Shown here: in pieces, positions 10,036 to 16,886 of the stretch
Numbering within the stretch: position 1 is the first letter of the stretch
Layout: each line of letters starts with the position of its first letter
IMG/VR virus record: IMGVR_UViG_3300046170_000273
Location: 1-58,740 of that record
Length of the DNA stretch: 58,740 nucleotides
Direction: 5' to 3' (one strand)
Source: a virus
Taxonomy: Duplodnaviria > Caudoviricetes
Position numbers and translations under genes: made by a program
The notes under the pieces: generated by a model
What the model was told of the DNA's origin: nothing
The model's input: the letters and a program-made list of their open reading frames with translations, nothing else
The model's database searches: none

Positions 10036-10120
10036 TATGCAAAAAAGACATATGTTGTTTTTGCATACCCTAATGGGTTATTGTAGGATTTGTGGCTCAT
10101 ACCTAAACCACAAACCCTAG
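10036..10120 (-). terminator. Two tandem hairpins after the leftward early operon
   Basis: TATGCAAAAA/TTTTTGCATA and TAGGATTTGTGG/CCACAAACCCTA inverted repeats. Confidence 0.5.
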
Positions 10121-10128
10121 CGAGATAA

Positions 10129-10389
10129 TCAGAAAGGCATTTCCGATTGTTCTGTGTCTTTCACTTCATCAGTTAGTACAAGTGGTTTATCAACTGCACT
10201 AAAACTAACTTCTTGTAAGTGATAAGAAATTTGTTTCTTGTCCTCGTTCAATGTATCAAGAGCCAACAACTTTCTTATTGCATTAGTCAAGTTATACATT
10301 TCGGACTCGTGAATACGATAGTTCGTAGCCCACGAATATTTTTCTTTTTTAATTATGAAAAACTTTTTTTCATCTATTGGTTTTGTCAT
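10129..10389 (-). CDS. Hypothetical early protein
   Basis: 86 aa, AGGAG SD. Confidence 0.7.
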   Translation of the reverse strand: MTKPIDEKKFFIIKKEKYSWATNYRIHESEMYNLTNAIRKLLALDTLNEDKKQISYHLQEVSFSAVDKPLVLTDEVKDTEQSEMPF

Positions 10390-10467
10390 ATTATATTACT
10401 CCTAGTATAGTTAAAATAATGTAGCCATACAAAAGTACAGCTACATTAAAGATTGCTAATTGAATAC

Positions 10468-10659
10468 TCACAGCTTGATACTCCAACTATCACTCGCTGT
10501 TCTATATCCATCTTGGTCAACATCAAAATAAGTCATTAACATACGACCACTTTTTGATATCCAATATCTGCACTTATCTGTCCACAATGCATTTCTTGTT
10601 ATTGTTTTCTTATCACTTGCTGAAAAGTAAGTGATTTGAAAAGGTTTGTTATTTATCAT
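10468..10659 (-). CDS. Small WYL-like/SH3-fold hypothetical protein
   Basis: 63 aa; YFDVDQDGYRTA resembles phage WYL-like (DUF2693-type) proteins. Confidence 0.55.
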   Translation of the reverse strand: MINNKPFQITYFSASDKKTITRNALWTDKCRYWISKSGRMLMTYFDVDQDGYRTASDSWSIKL

Positions 10660-10691
10660 TTGTTTTCTCGCTTTCTATAACCTTATGTGGT

Positions 10692-10719
10692 TATGGGATT
10701 AATATACATTAATCCCATA
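10692..10719. promoter_or_regulatory. Perfect 12-bp-arm palindromic operator TATGGGATTAAT-ATAC-ATTAATCCCATA
   Basis: Intergenic; carries two TGGGAT boxes seen at other promoters. Confidence 0.65.
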
Positions 10720-10732
10720 GTTATTCAACAAA

Positions 10733-11734
10733 TTAATTCAAGTTATCCGAATTAATTTTCTGCTGTTGCATATATGCAACACGTTCTGCTATCTTTTGTT
10801 TTCTAGTTTTTTCAGTATTTTTCATACCTTTTATTCTTTCAGCTAGATTTTTCGGATTGTAAATAACAAGCCCTGTACTATTAGTTCTTATTATTTCGTG
10901 GTCAGTAATTTGAACATCAAGTTCATTTGCTAACTCAATCGCTTCATCTAACCATTTGTAGCCCTTTAATCCAATCTTGATTTCTTTCATTTGTTTCAAG
11001 ACTGAACTAATCCATTTTTCGTGAGCAACAATAAATTGACCTTTACTCGCTTTCCAAGAAACAAGAAAATTAAATTCTTGTTCGGTGCAAGCAATAGACC
11101 TATCACGACAATAATCACGACCAATTAAATCAAGATTATATTTTTCGTTCCACTCTTTACCATACTTGGTTTCATTGTTTCTTCCACCACTCAATCCAAG
11201 ATACTCATTGTTATTATCAACAAATTTTCTTTTGTGTGGATTGTCGTCTTTGTCAGCTTGTTCAATTAAGATATCAGCATTACAATTTTCTTGTGCGTTT
11301 ATCTCATCTCTAAACAAGGCAAAGCCATAACTACTATCACGACTAGAAGAATAATTGTTTTCAGTATCAATAGAACCATTTAATCTAAAATCAAAATGTT
11401 TCTCTATTGGTTTCTCAACCATTGATACATTTCCATTATAGTCTTTTTCTTCTGCTAGACCTTGATAGTGAAAATGAAAACAACTATCTTTTGCAATAGT
11501 TGAAACATTTTCAAACTTGTTTTGTAAGTAGTAAGCTTTTTCTACATCTTCATCTGTATAGTGTCGTCTTACTATGTCTTTTGCAACAGACCAAGCTTTG
11601 TCATTTATATCAACTTGTTCCCCTTTGAGAGTGTCATACTTTTTCTTCTCTTGGGTATCTTCTTGAAATAAAGACTGCTTGATACGATTTGCAACTTTGT
11701 TTCGGTACTCTTGGTTTAGTCTTATACGTGCCAT
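10733..11734 (-). CDS. Hypothetical early protein (333 aa)
   Basis: Long ORF, AGAGGA SD, downstream of a divergent promoter. Confidence 0.85.
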   Translation of the reverse strand: MARIRLNQEYRNKVANRIKQSLFQEDTQEKKKYDTLKGEQVDINDKAWSVAKDIVRRHYTDEDVEKAYYLQNKFENVSTIAKDSCFHFHYQGLAEEKDYNGNVSMVEKPIEKHFDFRLNGSIDTENNYSSSRDSSYGFALFRDEINAQENCNADILIEQADKDDNPHKRKFVDNNNEYLGLSGGRNNETKYGKEWNEKYNLDLIGRDYCRDRSIACTEQEFNFLVSWKASKGQFIVAHEKWISSVLKQMKEIKIGLKGYKWLDEAIELANELDVQITDHEIIRTNSTGLVIYNPKNLAERIKGMKNTEKTRKQKIAERVAYMQQQKINSDNLN

Positions 11735-11788
11735 TTGTCCTCTTTCTTTGTTAGTGTTTATATTTATTTATTTATTTCTTTTAAACTA

Positions 11789-11820
11789 TTGACTTTTAAA
11801 GTCAAGGGATTATATAAGAT
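11789..11820. promoter_or_regulatory. Divergent sigma70-like promoter region; TTGACT-TTTAA-AGTCAA gives a -35 on each strand
   Basis: Strand switch between 11734(-) and 11921(+); AGGGAT/TAAGAT boxes 10 bp apart. Confidence 0.6.
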
Positions 11821-11862
11821 AATATATTAATTTATAAAAACTTTAATATCAATTAAAGCATA

Positions 11863-11896
11863 CTTGCAGTTGGCAGTATAAAAACGCAACTGCAAG
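11863..11896 (+). promoter_or_regulatory. 5' leader stem-loop
   Basis: CTTGCAGTTG ... CAACTGCAAG, perfect 10-bp stem before the RBS. Confidence 0.6.
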
Positions 11897-11920
11897 TAGC
11901 ATAACAAGAAAGGACAGAAA

Positions 11921-12295
11921 ATGGCACTAAAATATTGCCAAAGTCATAAGTGCCATACTTATGACACAAAGGACAGAAAACGAGGTTCAAAAGATAACCG
12001 AAAAAATCAAACCAGAAGAAGATCAGAATTCTACTATGGTGGTGGAAATTTTTGCTCATTGAATTGCTACAATGATTGGGCAGATGATTTTATGAATAGA
12101 GCCATTGATCAAGTTTCTGGAAGATTACACGAACCTTTAACAATGAGTGAAGAAAATGCGTGGCGAAAAAGAAGAAGTTATAGTTTTGATAATGGAAATT
12201 ATCAACCAACTTATTTTTGGCATAATGCGTGTACAGGCGAGGACAGACAGATTACTGAAGAAGAATTCAGAAATCAATCTCAACCAAATTTATAG
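11921..12295 (+). CDS. Hypothetical Zn-finger early protein (CxxxxC...FCSLNC)
   Basis: 124 aa, AGAAAGGA SD; TRASH/MYM-like FCS motif. Confidence 0.75.
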   Translation: MALKYCQSHKCHTYDTKDRKRGSKDNRKNQTRRRSEFYYGGGNFCSLNCYNDWADDFMNRAIDQVSGRLHEPLTMSEENAWRKRRSYSFDNGNYQPTYFWHNACTGEDRQITEEEFRNQSQPNL

Positions 12296-12314
12296 TTTCA
12301 TCTGTCCTTGATGA

Positions 12315-12366
12315 TTTCCTAGTTTAGAACTATTCTAAACTAGGAAAAATTTTTTTTGTTTTTTTT
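12315..12366 (+). terminator. Intrinsic terminator
   Basis: TTTCCTAGTTTAGAA-CTA-TTCTAAACTAGGAAA perfect 15-bp stem, then T-tract. Confidence 0.75.
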
Positions 12367-12410
12367 GGGTGGGCCCTCCCGGGTGGGCCCAACCCCTCAA
12401 GCTTTAAGCT
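12367..12410 (+). repeat. Cassette head 1: tandem GGGTGGGCCC(TCCC) x2 plus CAAGC/TAAGCT
   Basis: Copies at 12367-12380 and 12381-12390. Confidence 0.85.
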
Positions 12411-12432
12411 GTGGATAACTTAAAAATAGTTA

Positions 12433-12462
12433 TTGACTTATTATAGGATAAAATGTTAAGTT
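12433..12462 (+). promoter_or_regulatory. sigma70-like promoter TTGACT-18-TAAGTT with TAGGAT in the spacer
   Basis: Upstream of the AAGGAG SD of 12490. Confidence 0.6.
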
Positions 12463-12489
12463 ATGCGAAACTAATAAAGGAGAAATAAA

Positions 12490-12885
12490 ATGGGACTAGA
12501 TCAATACGCAGGACTTCGAGATAGTAAGGGTGAAGTTCACGAAAAGTTTTATTGGAGAAAGCACGCACGCCTACAAGTGTTCTTTGCTAAACAATTCAAT
12601 AAACAGAAAAAAGATAAAGATCACAATACACATAGTGACCTACAACATTTAGGTTTTAATTGTGGTCAAGGTGGTGTTACAATTACTGAAGATGTAATCA
12701 AGGATCTGGAAGAGGCAATTAAAAATGGTTATTATAGTCATTTTGCTTCTGATGGTTTCTTCTGGGGTCAGCAATTCCAAGAAGAGCAGATTAAAGAATA
12801 CAAAGCCCAAGATGAAGAGTTTTTAAAATGGGCTAAAGAACAAATCAAAGAGGGTCGGCAAATCGGCTACGATTGTTCTTGGTAA
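12490..12885 (+). CDS. Conserved phage hypothetical protein (MGLDxY...YWRKH family)
   Basis: 131 aa, strong SD. Confidence 0.85.
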   Translation: MGLDQYAGLRDSKGEVHEKFYWRKHARLQVFFAKQFNKQKKDKDHNTHSDLQHLGFNCGQGGVTITEDVIKDLEEAIKNGYYSHFASDGFFWGQQFQEEQIKEYKAQDEEFLKWAKEQIKEGRQIGYDCSW

Positions 12886-12889
12886 AAAG

Positions 12890-12932
12890 TTTTGGGGGTG
12901 GCAAAGTCGGGCAAGTCCCACGCCCCCCAAAA
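12890..12932 (+). terminator. GC-rich hairpin after 12490..12885
   Basis: TTTTGGGGGTGG ... CCACGCCCCCCAAAA. Confidence 0.5.
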
Positions 12933-12934
12933 GC

Positions 12935-13058
12935 ATTTGGGCTAGTATAGGGCGCCTGGACGTTTCTGGGCTATATTCTAGGTCGCGGTGTCACTTTGGA
13001 GAACGTCCTCTCATTGTTCGAATTGGAAGAGGATCGCCTATTAGCCACTAGCCCAAAT
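12935..13058 (+). ncRNA. Candidate structured small RNA (unassigned)
   Basis: 12-bp closing stem ATTTGGGCTAGT/ACTAGCCCAAAT with nested stems, then T-tract; no ORF. Confidence 0.55.
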
Positions 13059-13079
13059 TAAATTTTTTTATTTTTTTTT

Positions 13080-13129
13080 GGGTGGGCCCGCCCATAGTTC
13101 ACAAGCTACAAGCTAGGGTGGGCCCTCCC
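13080..13129 (+). repeat. Cassette head 2: GGGTGGGCCCGCCC, CAAGCTA x2, GGGTGGGCCCTCCC
   Basis: Copies at 13080-13093 and 13116-13129. Confidence 0.85.
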
Positions 13130-13151
13130 TGAATAATTTAAAATTTTTTAG

Positions 13152-13180
13152 TTGACAAGCTAGCTGGGATATTGTAGGAT
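13152..13180 (+). promoter_or_regulatory. sigma70 promoter TTGACA-17-TAGGAT
   Basis: Consensus -35, TG extended -10, TGGGAT/TAGGAT boxes 10 bp apart. Confidence 0.8.
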
Positions 13181-13190
13181 GTATTTATCC

Positions 13191-13286
13191 CGTTTGATGG
13201 TATCCGGATTTAAAACTCAAACCATCACAACGCCGACCCCCTGAGGGAATAGCTTGAAAGATTAGCTCAATGCTCGGGGACTAGGC
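13191..13286 (+). promoter_or_regulatory. Structured 5' leader (two stem-loops)
   Basis: CGTTTGATGGT/ACCATCACAACG and CCCCTGAG/CTCGGGG stems before the AGAAAGGA SD. Confidence 0.5.
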
Positions 13287-13302
13287 ACAACAGAAAGGAT
13301 AT

Positions 13303-13542
13303 ATGACAACACAAACTGAAGAGAAAAAATACGAACGTAAGAACAGGTTCAACGGTGAGTCCGCAATGCTTACAGCTGATGAAGCTAAGAGACATGACCG
13401 GATCTTTACGAATGAGCTTGCAGCTACGCTGGAGGATAAGAAGCTAGGCTACGGCAGCTCTAAGCTATGGGACCAGGTCCGTAAGGATCTTAACTGGTTC
13501 AGGCAGCACAACGCCAGCGCTTACATGGCGTTACTTGATTAG
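13303..13542 (+). CDS. Conserved hypothetical early protein (...WFRQHNASAYMALLD)
   Basis: 79 aa, SD, own promoter. Confidence 0.8.
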   Translation: MTTQTEEKKYERKNRFNGESAMLTADEAKRHDRIFTNELAATLEDKKLGYGSSKLWDQVRKDLNWFRQHNASAYMALLD

Positions 13543-13550
13543 TCCGGATC

Positions 13551-13588
13551 AGGGCGCTTCGGGCCAGTACGGCCTTACCAGGCGCCCT
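13551..13588 (+). terminator. Hairpin AGGGCGC...GCGCCCT ending cassette 2
   Basis: Inverted repeat right after the stop; no clear U-tract. Confidence 0.4.
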
Positions 13589-13597
13589 TATCCACTG

Positions 13598-13664
13598 GGG
13601 TGGGCCCTCCCGTAAGGGGTCAAGCTACAAGCCCTCAAGCGCTCAAGCTTGACAGGCTACAAGC
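13598..13664 (+). repeat. Cassette head 3: GGGTGGGCCCTCCC plus five CAAGC
   Basis: 14-mer 13598-13611; CAAGC at 13621, 13628, 13636, 13644, 13660. Confidence 0.85.
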
Positions 13665-13677
13665 TCTATGTTATAAG
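13649..13677 (+). promoter_or_regulatory. sigma70 promoter TTGACA-17-TATAAG
   Basis: Near consensus, before the AGGAG SD of 13696. Confidence 0.75.
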
Positions 13678-13695
13678 ATATTATAGGAGAATATT

Positions 13696-14298
13696 ATGTT
13701 AAAAAAAGAAGCAAGAAAAATAACAGGCGGCCTGAGTAAGCCGTCGAAGATGCCAGGACCAGCGCACAACCTGCCGGCCGTGGCATGTAAGACTGGCGCT
13801 AAGCTGGTGAAGGTCCCGGGCTCAGTATGCGCGGGCTGTTACGCCCTGAAGGGGCGCTATAGATTTAACAATGTACAGCAGGCATTGCAACGACGCCTGG
13901 CAGCGCTCGAGGATCCGCGCTGGGTGGATGCGATGGTAACATTGATTAAGGACCAGGACTGGTTCAGGTGGCATGACTCAGGAGACATCCAGAGCATGAA
14001 GCATCTAGAAAATATATTTTTAGTGTGCAAGCGTACAAGCAAGACCAGACACTGGATGCCAACGCGCGAAGCGCAATTCCTGAAAAATTTAGATCCGGCC
14101 ACAGTTCCGCCAAATTTAATAATTAGAATGAGTTCACACATGATAGACCAGGGACCAGTTAAGCAATGGCCCTGGACGTCGACAGTCACCAGCGGAAGCG
14201 GCAGGACGTGCCCGGCCCCTGAACAGGAGAACAGCTGCGGGAGCTGCAGACAATGCTGGGACAGGTCCACACCAAACGTGTGTTACGGTAAACATTAA
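13696..14298 (+). CDS. GP88-family Cys-rich protein (radical-SAM-like)
   Basis: SKMPG, C..CAGCYA, FRWHDSGD, CPA...CGSCRQCW motifs. Confidence 0.85.
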   Translation: MLKKEARKITGGLSKPSKMPGPAHNLPAVACKTGAKLVKVPGSVCAGCYALKGRYRFNNVQQALQRRLAALEDPRWVDAMVTLIKDQDWFRWHDSGDIQSMKHLENIFLVCKRTSKTRHWMPTREAQFLKNLDPATVPPNLIIRMSSHMIDQGPVKQWPWTSTVTSGSGRTCPAPEQENSCGSCRQCWDRSTPNVCYGKH

Positions 14299-14299
14299 T

Positions 14300-14500
14300 A
14301 TGGAATTCAAACACCCGAAGTATTACGCTGCGCTCAGGAAGCAGGGCCGCAAGCCTACAAGCTCTCAAGCTCCAAGCGACAAGCGTCCCAACCCACGCTC
14401 AAGGGTTCAAGCTTCAAGCCAGAGTTCACAAGCTTCAGGATCTGATGACCAGGGTACAAGCGCACAAGCCCACGGTCCGGGGTACAAGCAACAAGGATAA
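14300..14500 (+). CDS. Short ORF with low-complexity S/Q/A tail made of CAAGC repeats
   Basis: ATG 1 nt after the GP88 stop; FKHPKYY N-terminus; overlaps the opposite-strand nuclease. Confidence 0.45.
   Translation: MEFKHPKYYAALRKQGRKPTSSQAPSDKRPNPRSRVQASSQSSQASGSDDQGTSAQAHGPGYKQQG
14350..14496 (+). repeat. Strand-polar CAAGC repeat array (11 exact copies, many 7-8 bp apart)
   Basis: CAAGC at 14350, 14358, 14366, 14373, 14380, 14408, 14415, 14429, 14457, 14465, 14485. Confidence 0.8.
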
Positions 14501-14720
14501 AGGTGTTCTGTGGGTGCTTCACGTGGAAGGCTACCTGGTGGGGTGAAAAGCGAATTTTGTCACCCAATGTCACCTTCAACTCTACTGTAAAAAAGGACCC
14601 ACTAATAGCATAGCCCAACAAATCGGGAGTACCATGTAAGCTACGATTCTCAAGGCGATTCCATGATATTTTTGTAATTTTTCTTTTAAGTTCATTGTAT
14701 AATTTAGCTTCTGGTTTCAG
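14355..14720 (-). CDS. VRR-NUC/Holliday-junction-resolvase-like PD-(D/E)XK nuclease, probable CTG start
   Basis: (L/M)KPEAKLY...RLEN...GTPDLL...TVELK...SPHQ; GAGGT SD 8 nt before CTG at 14720. Confidence 0.75.
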   Translation of the reverse strand: MKPEAKLYNELKRKITKISWNRLENRSLHGTPDLLGYAISGSFFTVELKVTLGDKIRFSPHQVAFHVKHPQNTFILVACTPDRGLVRLYPGHQILKLVNSGLKLEPLSVGWDACRLELESL

Positions 14721-14738
14721 GTGGGGTACCTCAGCTAA

Positions 14739-14966
14739 TTATAGTTTGCCAATTATCTTTGGCATCTTCCATGTTCCACCAAGTTCAACACCTTTTAAAT
14801 TTAAAATGTGAGTGTCTCTATCACCAATCATTCGAGATTCCAACAACTCAATTACCCCAAGGTCTAATTTTTCTCCGTTAGGCATTTGAATTTGTACTCT
14901 GGCATTTTGTGCCGCGGGTGATACTAGGAATTTGTCTAGATATTGTCGTAATTCTTTGGCTTTCAT
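14739..14966 (-). CDS. Hypothetical protein
   Basis: MKAKELRQYLDKF...; start 14966 follows a minus-strand TTGCAA-17-TATATA. Confidence 0.7.
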   Translation of the reverse strand: MKAKELRQYLDKFLVSPAAQNARVQIQMPNGEKLDLGVIELLESRMIGDRDTHILNLKGVELGGTWKMPKIIGKL

Positions 14967-14971
14967 AAGTA

Positions 14972-15004
14972 TTGATATATATCCCACAAATGTATATATT
15001 GCAA
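14972..15004. promoter_or_regulatory. Overlapping divergent promoters (+: TTGATA-17-TATATT; -: TTGCAA-17-TATATA) with ATCCCA box
   Basis: Sits at the strand switch. Confidence 0.55.
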
Positions 15005-15006
15005 GT

Positions 15007-15486
15007 ATGAGTCAAGAAATTGTCAAAAAGAAGGCACAGCCAATTACAGATTTAACAGAGATGCAGAGAAGATTCTGTGAGTATCTTATATTCAATGAAG
15101 GTAGAACAACCTTTGCCGAAGCTGCTAGACATGCTGGATACAGCCCAGATAGAGCTAACAGAGAAGGCTCAGAGTTAATGAGAAACCCGAAGATTCAAAA
15201 CTATATAGCTAAGAGATCAGCAGACGTTAATAGAGCATTTGCTGTAACCAAACATAACTATGTAAGAAGACAACAGAACCTATCACAAAAACTTGTAGAT
15301 GATGGTAAGATCAAAGACGCATTAGGATTTGAGACATTGATTGGTAAAGCTACAGGACAATTCAGTGAAACTAATTACAATGTAAATATCAATGCAACAG
15401 ACATTAAAGAACGTGAGGCAGAAATAAAACGACTCAAAGAATTAAACGAGAAAAGAATCACAGATACAAAGCTGCTTAAAGAGTAA
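15007..15486 (+). CDS. terS: Terminase small subunit
   Basis: LTEMQRRFCEY...AEAARHAGYS...LMRNPKIQNYI HTH signature. Confidence 0.8.
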   Translation: MSQEIVKKKAQPITDLTEMQRRFCEYLIFNEGRTTFAEAARHAGYSPDRANREGSELMRNPKIQNYIAKRSADVNRAFAVTKHNYVRRQQNLSQKLVDDGKIKDALGFETLIGKATGQFSETNYNVNINATDIKEREAEIKRLKELNEKRITDTKLLKE

Positions 15487-15763
15487 CCTTCTCCATCTTA
15501 ATTATACATCCAATTGGAAATACATTACGGTCTGAAAACAACTCATCACCTTCTTCATAAGATGCAAACGTTCTAATATTCTTTTTATCTTTGTTAAATA
15601 GATACGCATGAGTGACCATAATTGATGGTAGAAATCCTAAGAAGTCAAACTCATTAGCATGACCGCTATCACCTGTAATATCAGCCCATGTAATTTTATA
15701 AAAATAATATCTTTTCTTTTTGATTACAACTGATTTGTATTTAGATTTCTTTGGACGTCTCAT
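15476..15763 (-). CDS. Conserved hypothetical protein (ITWADI...FPIGCI)
   Basis: 95-aa ORF converging on terS. Confidence 0.7.
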   Translation of the reverse strand: MRRPKKSKYKSVVIKKKRYYFYKITWADITGDSGHANEFDFLGFLPSIMVTHAYLFNKDKKNIRTFASYEEGDELFSDRNVFPIGCIIKMEKVTL

Positions 15764-15859
15764 CAGATTCTGTATACCCCTTTTTGTATAAGTAATAAAT
15801 AAATATAAAAATCATGTGCGCGACCCCCTATTTCGTTGGTATTACTAGCTTTTTTAACA

Positions 15860-16111
15860 ATTGTACCAATTGTACCTCATTGTACCAAGCATCTTTGGTA
15901 CAAAATTGAGCAAATAACTGTTGGTATGTAACACTTTTTTAAATTGTACCAATTGTACCAGGGTTTTAAAAAAAATAAAAAAAATTTTTTTATTTTATAG
16001 AGAAAAAACGTATACAATTGTAAAAATATGCAATTATCCTTGATTTTACTCATCTTTTTGACCTAAAATTGTACCTGAGGGCTCTTTTTCTCTTGGTACA
16101 ATTGGTACAAT
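15860..16111. repeat. ATTGTACC iteron-like cluster around an A/T palindrome (putative origin or packaging site)
   Basis: Direct copies 15860, 15869, 15879, 15943, 15952, 16068; inverted copies 15897 (GGTACAAA), 16095, 16104; central AAAATAAAAAAAATTTTTTTATTTT. Confidence 0.75.
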
Positions 16112-16780
16112 TTTATAATATTCATCAACTCTACGTAGAAATTCATGCATATACCCCTGAAATTCTTCATCATGCACTTCAAACTTTTGAAAGAAGCAAT
16201 CCTTGCTACACATTAAAATGATTCCAGACTGTATCTTCGTGTCGTATACTTGATTGTGGGCCATAGCATAAGCTGCTAGCTGGGTAAAGTAGTCATCAAT
16301 CCATTCTCTTTGTTTAGGCTTGTTTGTTTGTTTGAAGTCTATTATACTTTCGCGTCCGTTATAAATTCCTACAACATCGGTAGCACCTGCATACAACCCA
16401 GGATAGTACAGTGTAACTTCACTACCCCATATCTCTTCCAGGTCCCCGAGTCCCGATTCAATAACAACTTTAGCCATTCGTTCTGCTTCACGGCCAATTG
16501 ACGTTAGGTCCATGTGGTTCTCACCAAGAATATACCCTTCCAAATACGTGTGCATTGCTGTGCCTCTCATGGCGCTCACATCACGAATCCGGTCTGCTGC
16601 CTGGGTACCTACCCGCTGCTTCCACTCTTCCAATTTCTTTTTCTTTTCAGCACTCTGAGTCGCTGACAATATAGTCGTCACCGAAGGCAACTTCTGGCCT
16701 GTTATCTCGTAATGTCTTTTACCTTCTATCGATGATCGAATCGATGCAGGATATTCAAATTTTTTATTCCACTTTAGCAT
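16046..16780 (-). CDS. PD-(D/E)XK exonuclease (MGME1/Cas4-like)
   Basis: LPSVTTIL, RGTAMH, YAGATD, IIDFKQ, QLAAYA motifs. Confidence 0.88.
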   Translation of the reverse strand: MLKWNKKFEYPASIRSSIEGKRHYEITGQKLPSVTTILSATQSAEKKKKLEEWKQRVGTQAADRIRDVSAMRGTAMHTYLEGYILGENHMDLTSIGREAERMAKVVIESGLGDLEEIWGSEVTLYYPGLYAGATDVVGIYNGRESIIDFKQTNKPKQREWIDDYFTQLAAYAMAHNQVYDTKIQSGIILMCSKDCFFQKFEVHDEEFQGYMHEFLRRVDEYYKIVPIVPREKEPSGTILGQKDE

Positions 16781-16886
16781 TATTACTTACCTTTATTACT
16801 TGATTTAATACTGTCGTCCATGGGTTAAAATCATAAGATTTATTCGCACAACCCGATAGTAAAATTAATATTATTAATAATCTCAT
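16764..16886 (-). CDS. 40-aa lipoprotein (not in ORF track)
   Basis: MRLLIILILLSG-C lipobox; ATGA coupling. Confidence 0.6.
   Translation of the reverse strand: MRLLIILILLSGCANKSYDFNPWTTVLNQVIKVSNNAKVE

Noticed and set aside
12301-12350. Hammerhead ribozyme (TTGATGA...stem...GAAA)
   Set aside because: Core lacks CUGAUGA, the GAAA is part of the stem, and stems I/III are absent; a terminator explains it.
13010-13030. tRNA (GTTCGAAT T-loop-like sequence)
   Set aside because: No 5-bp T-stem, D-arm, acceptor stem or CCA.
12367-13611. CRISPR array or G-quadruplex reading of the GGGTGGGCCC repeats
   Set aside because: Repeats are 14 bp, irregularly spaced and separated by whole genes, with no cas genes; the C-runs would out-compete G4 folding by hairpin pairing.
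16046-16780. CRISPR Cas4 adaptation gene
   Set aside because: No four-Cys Fe-S pattern, no cas1/cas2 or array; an ordinary phage exonuclease.
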